Source: Phoronis australis (Eukaryota > Animalia > Phoronida). Taken from it: a DNA stretch of 64,000 bases. Position numbers and translations under genes: made by a program. Shown piece after piece: positions 25,101-56,643 of this stretch. How positions within the stretch are numbered: position 1 is the stretch's first letter; each line of letters begins with the position of its first letter. The notes below the pieces were generated by a model. It had not been told where the DNA came from and searched no databases. It saw only the letters and a program-made list of their open reading frames with translations. The DNA is taken from contig NMRA01000708.1 in assembly GCA_002633005.1 (NCBI GenBank), positions 62,001 to 126,000 of the forward strand, written 5' to 3'.

Positions 25101-28100
25101 TCAGATCAAGCTTGGTCTAAAAAACCCGAATTCTCAGATATAATCTCTAACCCAGAGACCACAACTAACTTGAATGAGGACAAGACAAGACCAATTTTAC
25201 AACATAAATGTCTAAATCAAAACCTGTTTTTTTACAGAAAGCATAGGTTTAATGCTGTTTTAACCATGCAGAATTAGAAACAGAAAGTTATAATTTACTG
25301 TGCTCAGCTGAACACAAGATTACACTGAATAACTGGATGGAGATAGTTACGTAGTCTAAGTAAACTTTGACAAAGTGCATGAAGGTAAAAATTCAGACAG
25401 AGTGTCCAGTAACCACACTCCCAAGAGTAGCAGGTTTCATATTGTATTCATGGAAAACAAAAGGCATCTTTGTTTGAACTGAGAGTCAGTGTTTATAAAG
25501 ATGACTCATAGGCCCAGACAGAACCCAGTGAGACATAGGGACCTCTATTGTGCACAGATATAACTGGTGCCACATTGATTTCTGCCTTTTCTTTCTCATC
25601 TTCACTGGTCACCATGGCAATGACAGAATGAACTTCCGTGCACCCCAAGGACAAAAAGTAGCACCCTTCAATCACAAACATACAGGGAATGCACATCTTC
25701 ACTTCATCCCTAGCTACATCATCGCCAATATACATTAAACGTGTTCTTGTGTTGCACAATGAAGTAACAGTGATCTTAATATCTTCCTGGCACATTCTTA
25801 CAGCCTGTTGTGACAAGATAAAACACTCCCAGTACACGGCAGTATGTCACTGATAAACGTTCAGTAGTTACTGCACACACAAGGCAGGGCCACAGCTGAA
25901 TTAAGAAATGCTATCAATAGAGATCAGATCCACAGCTTTGGCTAGACATAACCAGCTCACCCAAGCATTTACTACCATTTACTCAGATTGCAGTTAAGAG
26001 TTCAGCCAACATTGGTTGACAAGTTAACTGGCAAAAACAAATCATGACATAAGGAGCGAACATGGCAATTTAGATCTTGTTTGGTCGGAAGCATGCCAGA
26101 CTTTTAAAACAAGGGTAAATCTCCAAGAGCGTGTTTACGACAAAAACGACAAGCAAATTGCAAGCCAGTCCTCACACATGAATGAATTTCAGACTTCGGA
26201 ATTTGGAAGAATTAATTTATACTTTTCTTTCATCTCTCTCGTTTTCAGGTGAGGACAAAACTTGTAGGCAAATTGTGACAAATAACAGCCCCGTGAATTC
26301 TGTACTTAATTTAGACATAGTAAACCAAAGTATTCCATGCAATGGGAACCACTGTAGGGGCACAAGTACCCCCACAGCAGCAAGGGTGACAGGGCATCTT
26401 TACCGGCAACACACCATGTCACATAAGACCACAGGAAATCAGGGAGTGGAAACAATTTCATGTCCATACCTCTGGAGTTTAGGGGACCGAAGCCACAATT
26501 CCAAGGCATGGCCATAAAATCGATTGCTCCGCCTGAAAATCGGGGCCATTATCACAAAAGGCACTGCCACTGGAATGATTAGCTAAGGAGGCTAGAATGT
26601 TGACTTGCTGGACTAAGTTGTTAGAAAAATTACTACTTCTGTTCCATAAGCCATTTCTATAGACCAACAAGCCATACCCAGGCCACTGGTTTTATTCCAG
26701 GTAAGCTATGTAAGTACATACGTACCGGCCACAGTTCACCATTCCACAGTTCAAACAAATCCAAGGACTCTTCTCTGTATTGCACGCTGTAATCAGGAAT
26801 GTCAGTTACCACAAATCAGCCTTTTGGTATACAGTACAGTTAGTTTCATTAATGAACAACTGTTAAAAGCACGTTTTAGATCAAAGCGTTGCATATGTGT
26901 GAAGCTGCAGGAGAATCAGACATTAGGTGAATATGTAAAATGCTTTCAACAGTATAACTGAATGACAAATTTCTAAAATATTGCGTGAAAGAGTAAAACT
27001 TGACTAACCCATTACTGAATGGAAGACATCGACCTGAGCTCAATTGAACAGTGAAGCGACTACATCCCTGCCTTACATCACAAAACTATCTTTTGATTGA
27101 CAACTTATTGTTACCAAATTGGTCGGGAATTGATCCTTAGTCAAATTACAGGTGATTCCAGGGATTGGAAAGAACTGGCAGTTGTTATTGCTTCAGACCA
27201 GCCCCTAATGTGGATTGTCACAGCGGCCCGTTACTTCAGACCAGCCGCTAATGAGGGCCCCCATGGAAAGCAGTGTGAACTGGTGGGGCTACCCTCATTG
27301 TAAATATCGCATTAATAAATAATAAATAAATTGTCACAGCCGGTCATTTTATTGTTATAAGTAATAACAACCCATCAGTTTTACGCAATACCAGAAACTA
27401 ATTCTAATCTGCTAGGAACTAGTCCAGACCTATTGTATTGTCTAAATCAAAAGTTACCTTCTTTGATGAAATGGGGGTTTATAGTCGCTTTAAGCAAAAA
27501 ATTTTAATATCCTGTTGATGACATACATATACACCTGTACATGAGAATAAACACACAAGGTCAACAGAAAGCTCATAACAAAAATGTCTTTGAAAAAAAG
27601 CTTTATTTCAGATCTAGACACAGGGTAATACGGAGGACGCAATGCATATGAAACCATATAATTGAAGTGGTGATAAGCAAACCTTCCAACACAAAAACAA
27701 CTTTTGATTTAGACCACCTACTGTTGTGAAATTGGTGTCAATTTGTTTCTTAATCAGAATGTAAGTGTTTTCAAGGATTTGAAAGAACTGTCACTTCGTT
27801 AAATTGCTTGAGACCAGTATCTACAGGTAGGCTTGTCACAGTGGTTCATTTTACATGTCGCGCATGGTTTCAAGGAATAAAAATCTATCGGTTTTTGCAA
27901 AGCCAGAAATTACTTCTCATGAACTGAAACCAATTTCACAACTGTACCTAGTTTAAATAAAAATTTCACATAAATATTTGACAGACTTTGGCTTCAAGTA
28001 ATACACTCGTATCACAAACAATTTACACCATGGGTTGCCCATACTGGAATTCCATTTCATTATGTACCACATTAGAAAATACAAGGCACGTGGATGACAT

Positions 28101-29429
28101 AGCCATAAAGGCGATGATCCCGGCCTGTAATGGAACCAATTTACTTTATGACTGATAAAAACTCTGTTGTCCTGCCTACTAAGATAGTCTTGGTTTAGGG
28201 ACGAAACCATTAAGGACAGTAGGAGACCAACTGAAAATGACGGTTGAGCAAAGCACCATCAAGTGTTTACAGTAAATACTAAACAATATGTATAGAAACT
28301 GTAACTTGTGAACACACTGCCAAAACTGCAATTACCTCCCTTACATTTTTTGTCCTGCAGATGTAAAAATTATAGATCACGACCATGTGACCAAAAAAGT
28401 TGTGACCTTGGCCGTAAGAACACATGACAGTCAACGGACGATGTTTAACATAAAACTGCACTGTGTAATAGGATTGAGTAAAAGAACAAAAAATCAGAAA
28501 AGTTCATTGACCGTTTAGCGTGAACTTCTTGAGAGTTTTGCTTATCCCTTGTACAAGTCATCACCATCTCCAAGCGATAACTATCAGTAGGCGAAATACA
28601 CATGGGGGCCACCAATCTTTTTCTTCCTACCACACCAAACTTCAACAAGCTGAAGGCGCTAGAGGATGCCACTCCGGGGACAACTTTCCCACCTCATGTG
28701 GCATCCAAGGATCCACTAGCACCATGTCACTGCATGTCAGAATGTTGAAATAGGGTCCATCAATCAGATCAATGCGGGACCAGATTTGTTAAAAAAATTT
28801 GTCAGGCAGGTCATAAGCAGGGTAACGGAGAAATATTAGTCATATTGTCCAACTTGCTTTACTGAAAGGTGTTACTGATAATGTCAAGAATACACTAAAA
28901 GTACATGTGACCTTTGTCAATTGGTCAGAAAGGTATGCTGATTGCTGGTGCTGCAGTGAGAGGACATGGATGTGTTGAACCTTGGGCTTGGGTAGGTCTG
29001 GAGAATTCAGAATTGTCAAAAGTCCCTGCATTGAATAAAAGCTAGCAGAAAGAGTTCAGTTTATCAATCTTCACTGAATGTGCAGATTTTAGCCACATTT
29101 GGGGTCACACTGCGCGTCCTTGAGGTCATATGAGGTCAAATGTTGACGTCAACGGCCACGAGCACATGGCAAAACAATCCGAACCGGAAGAAGGGCGGAC
29201 GACTGATGACGAAACAAAGAATAATCAAACACACTCAAACGTAATAAATTTCAAGCAATGCATTCAACCCGACCACTAATACGACACACAAACCACGGTA
29301 GCAAGCGAACGCAACCAAAAATCAGGGTGAAATACCTTTACAAAGCCACAATTTACTGGAATCCAGATGGCCCACGGTCACAGAGGGCGCTTCTAAAGTG
29401 ACATTTTCTTTTAGGTGTGGACACTCCAT
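13130..29429 (-). CDS. USP3: Ubiquitin carboxyl-terminal hydrolase 3 (ZnF-UBP plus USP catalytic domain), 13 exons, about 544 aa
   Basis: Exons (5' to 3') 29429-29336, 26786-26726, 24093-24007, 23174-23079, 22048-21877, 21078-20981, 20355-20236, 19034-18921, 18004-17703, 17237-17119, 15614-15495, 14576-14506, 13310-13130; total 1635 nt, all GT-AG. N-terminus MECPHL...[23 protein letters not shown] is USP3-type. Cys box [31 protein letters not shown], His box [28 protein letters not shown]. Confidence 0.93.
14190..14270 (-). ncRNA. Box C/D snoRNA, copy in USP3 intron 12
   Basis: Minus strand: stem TGAAGGAC, box C GTGATGA, guide TTAGGCTAGAGTT, D' CTGA, box D CTGA, stem GTCCTTCA. Confidence 0.85.
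14944..15027 (-). ncRNA. Box C/D snoRNA, copy in USP3 intron 11
   Basis: Minus strand: GGAAGGAT, box C ATGATGA, TTAGGCTAGAGTT plus D' CTGA, box D CTGA, ATCCTTTCC. Confidence 0.85.
16301..16382 (-). ncRNA. Box C/D snoRNA, copy in USP3 intron 10
   Basis: Minus strand: TGTTAC stem, box C ATGATGA, AAAGGCTAGAGTT plus D' CTGA, internal hairpin TCTGCT/AGCAGA, box D CTGA, GTAACA. Confidence 0.85.
18052..18253 (-). mobile_element. tRNA-derived SINE (family shared with 54792-55009)
   Basis: Head GGCAGTGTGGCCTGGTG...GGTTCGAGTCCC (A/B boxes). Body GAGTCAGATCTCTAGCTCCTCA...CCAGGTGATC...TGGGCCCAC is also present at 54792-55009. Confidence 0.7.
18490..18564 (-). ncRNA. Box C/D snoRNA, copy in USP3 intron 8
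   Basis: Minus strand: GAAGGATT, box C ATGATGA, TTAGGCTAGAGTT plus D' CTGA, C'-like TGATG, box D CTGA, AATCCTTC. Confidence 0.85.
18778..18960 (-). repeat. About 4.5 degenerate copies of a ~41-bp unit spanning the 3' end of USP3 exon 8 and its donor site
   Basis: Unit CTCTTCTCTGTCATATGGAAGGTCGTGCCTCGATTCAG|GTA. Copy 1 is exonic; later copies are intronic. Confidence 0.85.
27253..27330 (+). mobile_element. 3' end fragment of a non-LTR retroposon with (AATA)n tail
   Basis: Matches 9153-9227 in reverse; ATTGTCACAGC occurs on both sides (27214-27224 and 27330-27340). Confidence 0.55.
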
Positions 29430-30212
29430 TTCTTCACGAAAACAACCAGGCACATAGGATGGTCCTCAGAAATCCACAGTGATCCCAGCCACTTAAGTCT
29501 TTCAACGCACCAGAGAAATGCAAGCTTCTGTCAGCCAAAATCGCAAGACCGTCCGTGCTCTTTTACCGAACTTAGTGAATGAGAACGAATCACAGGTTAA
29601 TCAGTCCTGAGAATTCATTCTCCTTACACCAGCGACAGAATATTTCCTGGCGTGAACCTTCCACTTGTCTTTGATAATCTATAAGAGTAGCAACTGTTAA
29701 AATTTCCCGGGTTACAATCAGTATACAGGTGACAAATAAGAACGGTGCTTGGTTTTATATTTTACGCGCACGAATAAATGACTATTGTGCGTGAGTTGTC
29801 GTTAAATGACGAAGTCTCGGAAGTTCTCGGGAAGTATCGTCCAAAAGGACTAGCAAAGACGGTTCCGATCAATCCCGGCTGGTGATTGGTTATACAAATC
29901 GAGCAACGGAGCCAGGCTCTCTGACATGAGCACACATTAGTCCTTCATCACAATAATTTCTCTTTTTGTTGACGTCCGCTAGTTAACCACAACACGTTTA
30001 TAATCTCACCGGCGTAAAGCTATGCCGCTGGTTCCGCCCGTAAAAGCACCCACAGCACTGACCGAAGCAACACCAGTCAGTAGCCTACGTGCAGTGTCAT
30101 AATTAAGCACGAACACAAATTAAATGACTTTCCAATTAAAGGAAGTCTCAGACCATGATGGCCGGAGTTCAGTAATGTATTTTAGTATATTTTTGGACAG
30201 CACGAAGTGGAC

Positions 30213-31072
30213 TGCGTGTTGAAATATATTAAAATTCCTTGGGAAAATTCCCGCGGCCGGGACGCCCGGCGCCGACCCGGGCCCGTATGCACTCAGGCTA
30301 CCCAAAAACGCAGCTGGTTTTCAGAGCTTATACAAACATTTTTCGTTCTGTGGAAACTGGCACCGCTTGAGGTTCTGCCCGCTTTTACATGACGTATGCA
30401 AGTGCATTCCGCGAATTCAAGAAATGCCATCACCTAAAAAATCGCACTCAGGCTGGCAGACGGACGCCGAACTGACGGAGCAGCCCGACAAAAATCATAA
30501 TTGGAGCCTTTTAACTTGTTTAAACTGTACCGTTTCATTATATAGCGGTAACTATTCCAACTATTCTTAACTTCGATGGCAGTCTATATTATATTATATT
30601 TATTAGTACAGCCATTAATTAATTACGTAATACATTTATTTCANTGCGTGTTGAAATATATTAAAATTCCTTCATGGGAAAATTCCGGCCGGGACGCCCG
30701 GCGACCCGGGCCCGTATGCACTCAGGCTACCCAAAAACGCAGCTGGTTTTCAGAGCTTATACAAACATTTTTCGTTCTGTGGAAACTGGCACCGCTTGAG
30801 GTTCTGTCCGCTTTTACATGACGTATGCAAGTGCATTCCGCGAATTCAAGAAATGCCATCACCTAAAAAATCGCACTCAGGCTGGCAGACGGACGCCGAA
30901 CTGACGGAGCAGCCCGACAAAAATCATAATTGGAGCCTTTTAACTTGTTTAAACTGTACCGTTTCATTATATAGCGGTAACTATTCCAACTATTCTTAAC
31001 TTCGATGGCAGTCTATATTATATTATATTTATTAGTACAGCCATTAATTAATTACGTAATACATTTATTTCA
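30213..31072. repeat. ~430-bp near-identical direct duplication across N at 30644 (probable contig-overlap artefact)
   Basis: 30213-30643 and 30645-31072 differ only by a few small indels/substitutions and abut a single N. Confidence 0.8.
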
Positions 31073-32978
31073 AGTAACTCAGTTATATAATTTGTGGCAT
31101 AAATGCACACATTTGGGGGACACACTCTTTCAGTTGTCTCGTTTCCAACACCATCATGGATAAAATTTAACCATTTGTCTCTAATTCTAGCAATATTCTC
31201 TTCTTCCCAAAAAACGAGTTTTGCTGCGATCTAGTACCGGTACTCAGTACTTTTGAAAATTCGCAAAAGCATAATTAGATTTTAAAGCAACCCTTAACCT
31301 TTGACATTAAACATGACATTTCGCCAGGGTGATGTAAACTAAATGTGTTGATAATTAGATATCGCGAATTGTTGTTTCATCATTATTGTTGGATATCCTC
31401 AGTCAAAGGTCTAGCAAATTCAAAGAAATAGATGTGTCAAGGTTTCTGGGGGTTATTTATTCAAAATTTCAGTACGTGCAGACTCCAAGACCCTTCTGGA
31501 TCACGGGGACGTCATGAAGGGGCCATGACACCACGGAAACTTACACTCATATATGTTTGTGTCCACCTAGCTCCAGTGAGGCCTGACACTTTCCAGATTG
31601 TACGATTTCACAATTAAAAGACATGAAAAAGACTATAGGCAGTCGATTCCACTCATTGAGCGGGCTCAGTTCGCATTCAGATGTTAACAACTAATAGGGC
31701 GGGTGCCATCAAGGCGGACCCCTCTAAGACTCGACGAGATTAAGCTAGGCGCTATTTATGGGGTCCATGCAATAACTTCAAAAAAATAAAAACAGGAATT
31801 CCTATCACGTTATCTGTCAGCTTTTCAATCAAGTGTATGCAGTTTCAAGAAATCTCTAAAGTACGGGCGCACCGTGCAAAAAGTTCCGCCTCAGTCAACA
31901 AAAAGTCCGACTGAGTAGGCCTATAAACAAGAAAAAAGTCCACAAAGACCACAGGAATTCGCCGGGGAATTCCGCGCGGATGCACGATTGGCAGGCTCCG
32001 GGCTGAACCTAGTGGCCTCGTCTTTTTTTAGGCCTTGTTGATTTTTCAGTAAAAGGTCCGCATAGTGAAGAATTCGAGCCCCCCCCCCATAGTATATAGC
32101 CGGGCTTGTTGCGCGCACGGGTAAAGCGATAAAAAAAAGCCTGGACACGCGTCCAGCTGCATTATCAAGGCGTTGCCAGGGCCGGCCCGGCTCGGTACGG
32201 TGGTTGTGCCACATTAGAGTCCAACCTCATTGAGTCTTACGCCGCCGTCCTACTACAAGGACGTCACCCCGCGGCCGAATCTCGGCCGGGCTTCCACGCC
32301 GCGCTGGGGGCTTGTCTTTGTGCAGTGCTGCCAGTGGCGAAGGTGACTGTCAGTGTTTTTGAGTTCTGCAATCAGCACTGAATGATCAGTGATGATGACA
32401 GCCTGCTGCACGGCCGGACTGGCTGGGGACGTCTCTTACGAAAATAATTTGTAGGGTCATAGGATGATCCAATCTGAATTTAGGAATGTTCAGTTCTGTG
32501 ACAGTCTAATTAGGCCTCAATAGGATTTCCTATAGGAGTAGGAATTCCTATAGAAAAAATCCTCCAGGAATTGTTTCAAAAATCTGATTTCGAAAAATTT
32601 AACAAACAGTTATCCTAAGAGTATATAGTAAGATATCAGTTTGTTTTTATGTAGTCTACCGGACTCAGTCGGTCTTAGTGGCGGGGTGTAGCCTACTACC
32701 GATGCACTGAGAGAAACGTTTGCTAAGAACAACGCAATCTCGCAACAAAGTGGACCAAGAAGTTTGAAAAAACGTAAAAATACATAAGAGTTTGCGAGAT
32801 ATCCCCATGCATCATAAGCAAAACACTTTTATTCGCGAGTGTTTACCTCGCCGGCCCAAACCTAGCCCCCGGCCGCGCGGTGCCACTCACGGTTTGTGAA
32901 TTGCAGCCCTGATACATTTAGTTTGATGATCAAACACTAGGGGTCGGGCTGGGTTACCCACAATTCTATTGTTTCATA

Positions 32979-52593
<19,615 letters not shown>

Positions 52594-52925
52594 TGGTCGT
52601 ATGGCAAAGATACTGTCACAGTAGCAAATGCAGTCGGACTTGTTCCCTTGAGCAGTTACGTTCTATGATCATTGGAGAAGGCAATTGTTGTTTTAAGTGA
52701 GTCCGTGTGGACCTTTGAAGGCCCATGAGTCTGTCACTTCCAATTAGGATGAAACGAGTTTGAGTCAATTTACTGTGCCACCTCAGATGTCATACAATTG
52801 TAGAAGGGTAGTAGAGCTTGACTGGGGTAAAACCAAATCTTTACTGGTCGCTGATATCCTTGTTCATCCCAAAGTTGTTGCGCTTCATTGTGAGCCCATC
52901 CAGGTTCTGCATGCATAATATCACT

Positions 52926-53031
52926 ACATCTTTTATGTGACACCAGCTGTTCATCAGTCAATAGGTGGCACTAGTGAAACATCTTCTATGTGACACAAGA
53001 TGTTCATCAGTCAATAGGTGGCACTAGTGGA
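52926..53031. repeat. Tandem duplication, 2 x 53 bp, in the putative LONP1 3' UTR
   Basis: ACATCTTYTATGTGACAC...TGTTCATCAGTCAATAGGTGGCACTAGTG occurs twice. Confidence 0.85.
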
Positions 53032-54791
53032 AGTGTGAAACTAGTCCACCTACATGAATACATGAAATGCAAGCATTCGGATAGGCAAATTCCCCTGGCC
53101 TGGTGAAGAGGTTTGTTGTCAGTGTACTTCGATCTCAAACAGAACCTTTTCTCGACAGGGCCCTCTAGTGATTGTCAAGTGTCTCAATTATTCTCCACAA
53201 GATATAACAATCTGGTGTTGGTGTTTGCAGTATTTTATCACCTCAGTTATTTAAAGGAGTGAGCATGTCTTCTGTGGAAGGCCATTTTTATTCTTGCCAC
53301 TCACTGCAATGAAATAGGTCCCATCTTGTACTTTACTCCTATTATAAGTTCGTGTAACTTGTAGTCTTAAGATCTTGTAAGCCGCTACTGCTTCAAACCA
53401 GGCCAACTAAGTTGGCTCATCAGGGAAAGTTACTTTTTGTTGCCAGGTCAGTAATGGTCAGCGGGGGAATTTCAGGCCATCAATTGTAACCAATTTCTTT
53501 TCAACAAAGGATACAACCACTGACATTGGTTTTGAAGGTATGACATCTTTAAGTATATAACAAAAGAGAATAATGTCACTGTGAGGATGTGACTGACTTT
53601 TAGATTGTTTTTGGATATTTAGAATTCTTGAAACTATTAGCTTTGACAAAAGCTATGAAAGAATGAATCGGTTCTCTCCATTGTCTGCTAGAGGTTCGCT
53701 GAAATAAAGGTCCAAGTTAAATACACTTAAATATTCTTGCTGAGCATTAGAGTGCAACCACAGTGGTTTGATTTGTGGTTTCATTCTGAGCTCAGGCCGA
53801 TATCAAGACATTACTTTTCCTGCCGAGAATGTCCCTTAAATGACAGATCAGTGCAGTGAGACTGAGACACAGCTGCAGTAATAAAGGTGCTGAGATGTTA
53901 ATTTCTTAGGATTCAGTATTATGTTCTGGGTCTGTGACCATCAAACTTTACTCTGAGATTGTTCCCGAAAACTGACCAATCACATGCCGTCAAATTTGGA
54001 AAATTGCTCAAAATCTATCGGGCGATTTTTCAATTTTCCAGGTCTAGCCTCAGTAAAGTTAGGTGGTCTCAGACCATGATTTCCTTGAAGATTATCGTCA
54101 TCACTTCTGTATTGTATGATTTCATCATGGATTTGTGATTTTGTGGGCACTTACCAATCATTTGTATTTACATTATGTACATTGGGTTGTACATATGTTT
54201 TGATATCCTCAATACAACTGTACACATCCTTAATGTCAAATTTAAAGCGTCTATAAACCGCGTTGCGTCTAAGAAGCGAACTTTTGATTTCAATCATTCA
54301 CTGTTGTAAAGTTGGTCTCAATTTGTTTGTTACTTAGGTCGGAAATGATTTCTGAGTTCGCAATTAACTGACAGTTATTTATTCCGTGGTTTATTGCTCA
54401 GCCTGTAAAAAGCCCTGAAATCATCCCTAGTTTGTCAAAGGAACAATTTGAGGCCAATTTACCAACCTAATAGGTCTATTTCTCCTTTGTTATTTAAGGC
54501 TGGTTTATAACCTTTAACCACTACTACTCTGAATGCAAAGGTTTTGTCTTTGTTTCTGTAATCAAGTCAAAGAATTCTGGTAAGCAACAATTTATTTTAA
54601 ATAAAGCAGTAACTCGAAAGTAATACATTGTACCAATTTGAGATTTATATTACAACTTGTAATGGATGAGAGGATGGTAGGTACATATAAAATAACATTC
54701 AGTCATGATAAACTAATGAGCCTTGTAACTTATATTTGATTAAAATCATTTCGAATTTTGTAAACATCATTCTACTTTGTACTCGCCTATA

Positions 54792-55009
54792 GAGGTGCCC
54801 TAGTGGGATAAGTTTTCGCGTCATTTTCTCTATGTCGTGGGTTCAAGTCCCTTTGGGGCACACTCAATTAGACCCTTGAGTCAGGTCTCTAGCTCCTCAG
54901 CTTGGGGTTTTTAATGTATAGTTAAAACACTCTACATTAGCAAATTATAAAAATGGTCCCAGGTGATCTGTGGAATGGGCCCACCTGAGCCGCGCACGTC
55001 TGTTACAAC
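54792..55009 (+). mobile_element. tRNA-derived SINE (family shared with 18052-18253)
   Basis: B-box-like GGTTCAAGTCCC and shared body GAGTCAGGTCTCTAGCTCCTCA...CCAGGTGATC...TGGGCCCAC. Confidence 0.65.
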
Positions 55010-56643
55010 GTGTACCAGAGCGCCTCCAAGTTTTTTTTTTATTACAGTAACTCACTAATAATAGTTACTAAATTCGTTTCCTTAAAAAGTTCAGCGTTTT
55101 TTTCTGTTAGATCAACAATTCTACAGGCGGCATTCAATACCAGGAACTCGCCGTGTTGTTCCTTTATGGACAGAGTATCTCTCCCTTCACTTACTTTAAA
55201 GGATACCAATTCCTGATTTGGTGATTTCAAACAATTTTCGATCTGTCACCTAGTAATGCCCCACTTGAGCGATAAAAGCACCATTCAACTAAAAATTCAT
55301 TCTTGCTTTGTCACAGATAGATACGTGGTTGATTTTATTTCGCTACATTTGCCGATTTGCCGTATTACCCGCCTAAAGTGTAGGTCACGCTAACCCGTTT
55401 AGCAGACCCGAGGAATTTTCAATTTTTGCTAGTAATATTTGAGGTTGTCGAGGGTTACAGACCATTATTTTGTTCCAGAGGTACTGGATGTGAACGTCAT
55501 TTTTAATGTATGTTAATAGGCCAACACTGTTTAGTGTCCTTTTAAAGCATACGGAATAGCTATCGTACATTTATCAACTGTAAATATAATTTATCAAAAA
55601 GCATCCGACGTGTGACGTTGGTGCTTCAGCCTATTCTCTGCTAACATTGCCGGACTAAGACGACGGTTTAGCCGACTCGAAAATAGACGGACAGTGCCGT
55701 TCCTTAGATAAAGTTCATTTGAAACTTCATATCGCACGAATGCCATTCCTGGATGCCATTCATGCCGAGTGTACTGTAGACGAAATGCAGTCATGAAAGC
55801 GGTGAAACAGTGTTGGCAAACTACATCGACTCCATCAAGCTGTGGGTCTACCTACATTGTACCCTCTGGGACGCACAAAAATACCGCTCAATTCATTTTC
55901 GAGATGGAGATTGTCGTATCTTCACCACAAGGCCAAGGACAGTCAAGTAGATCATTAAACTGAACGGCAACTCGATTTCTCGTCGTTTCTTCTTGCAACC
56001 GAGGGACGTCTGCTGCGTGATATCGCCCATACATGTACATGTAATAAATAAGTACATCGACTTAATTGCTTTACCCGAGTATTTTGTCCATATAGACATC
56101 TGTTGATATTCAGGTGTGTTTTAACCGTTTTGTATCTCTGAAGTAGGCGGATAAGCTGGCTTGGGGATGTGAGATAAAGTGTTAATGTAAGTGATCGATC
56201 AATGCTGGCCACTAACTCACATACAGGCTAATGTGCCACACGGTGTGGGAGTTTTGGGTTTCCGTGGCGCCGACTTTGGTCGTAGCCAGGCACCAGGAGA
56301 GCTCTTCCTTCAACAAAGCCGCTGTCTACTTGCAAGTCTGTTTATGACATTGTTCGGAGGAAGCGTTCAAAATTCGTGGAAAACCATCTTCCACGTACAT
56401 GTCGTCAGCAACAATTCTTGAAGTGACATGCTTCTTGCAAACTAAACGTTGCTCACTCTCGAGGGTTGTTCGCTGCTCAGTCGCGAGTACAGATGCCTGC
56501 GATTCGTCTATCGTAATCATTCTCGGGTAGATCTTCACTGCCATATATTGGGGCATTGTCTAAGTGCAGTTCAGGGGTGCAGGGCTAGAACGGGTTCGCG
56601 TGGTCGCACTGGTGCTCCTTGTTTTGGCTGGCCGCTACAATTC

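Noticed and set aside
24816-25837. 153-aa and 114-aa intronic ORFs
   Set aside because: No recognisable domains or codon-like composition, and not needed for the USP3 reading frame.
28494-28564. Additional C/D snoRNA in USP3 intron 1
   Set aside because: Box spacing is plausible, but the terminal stem is very weak and no rRNA/snRNA complement was recognised.
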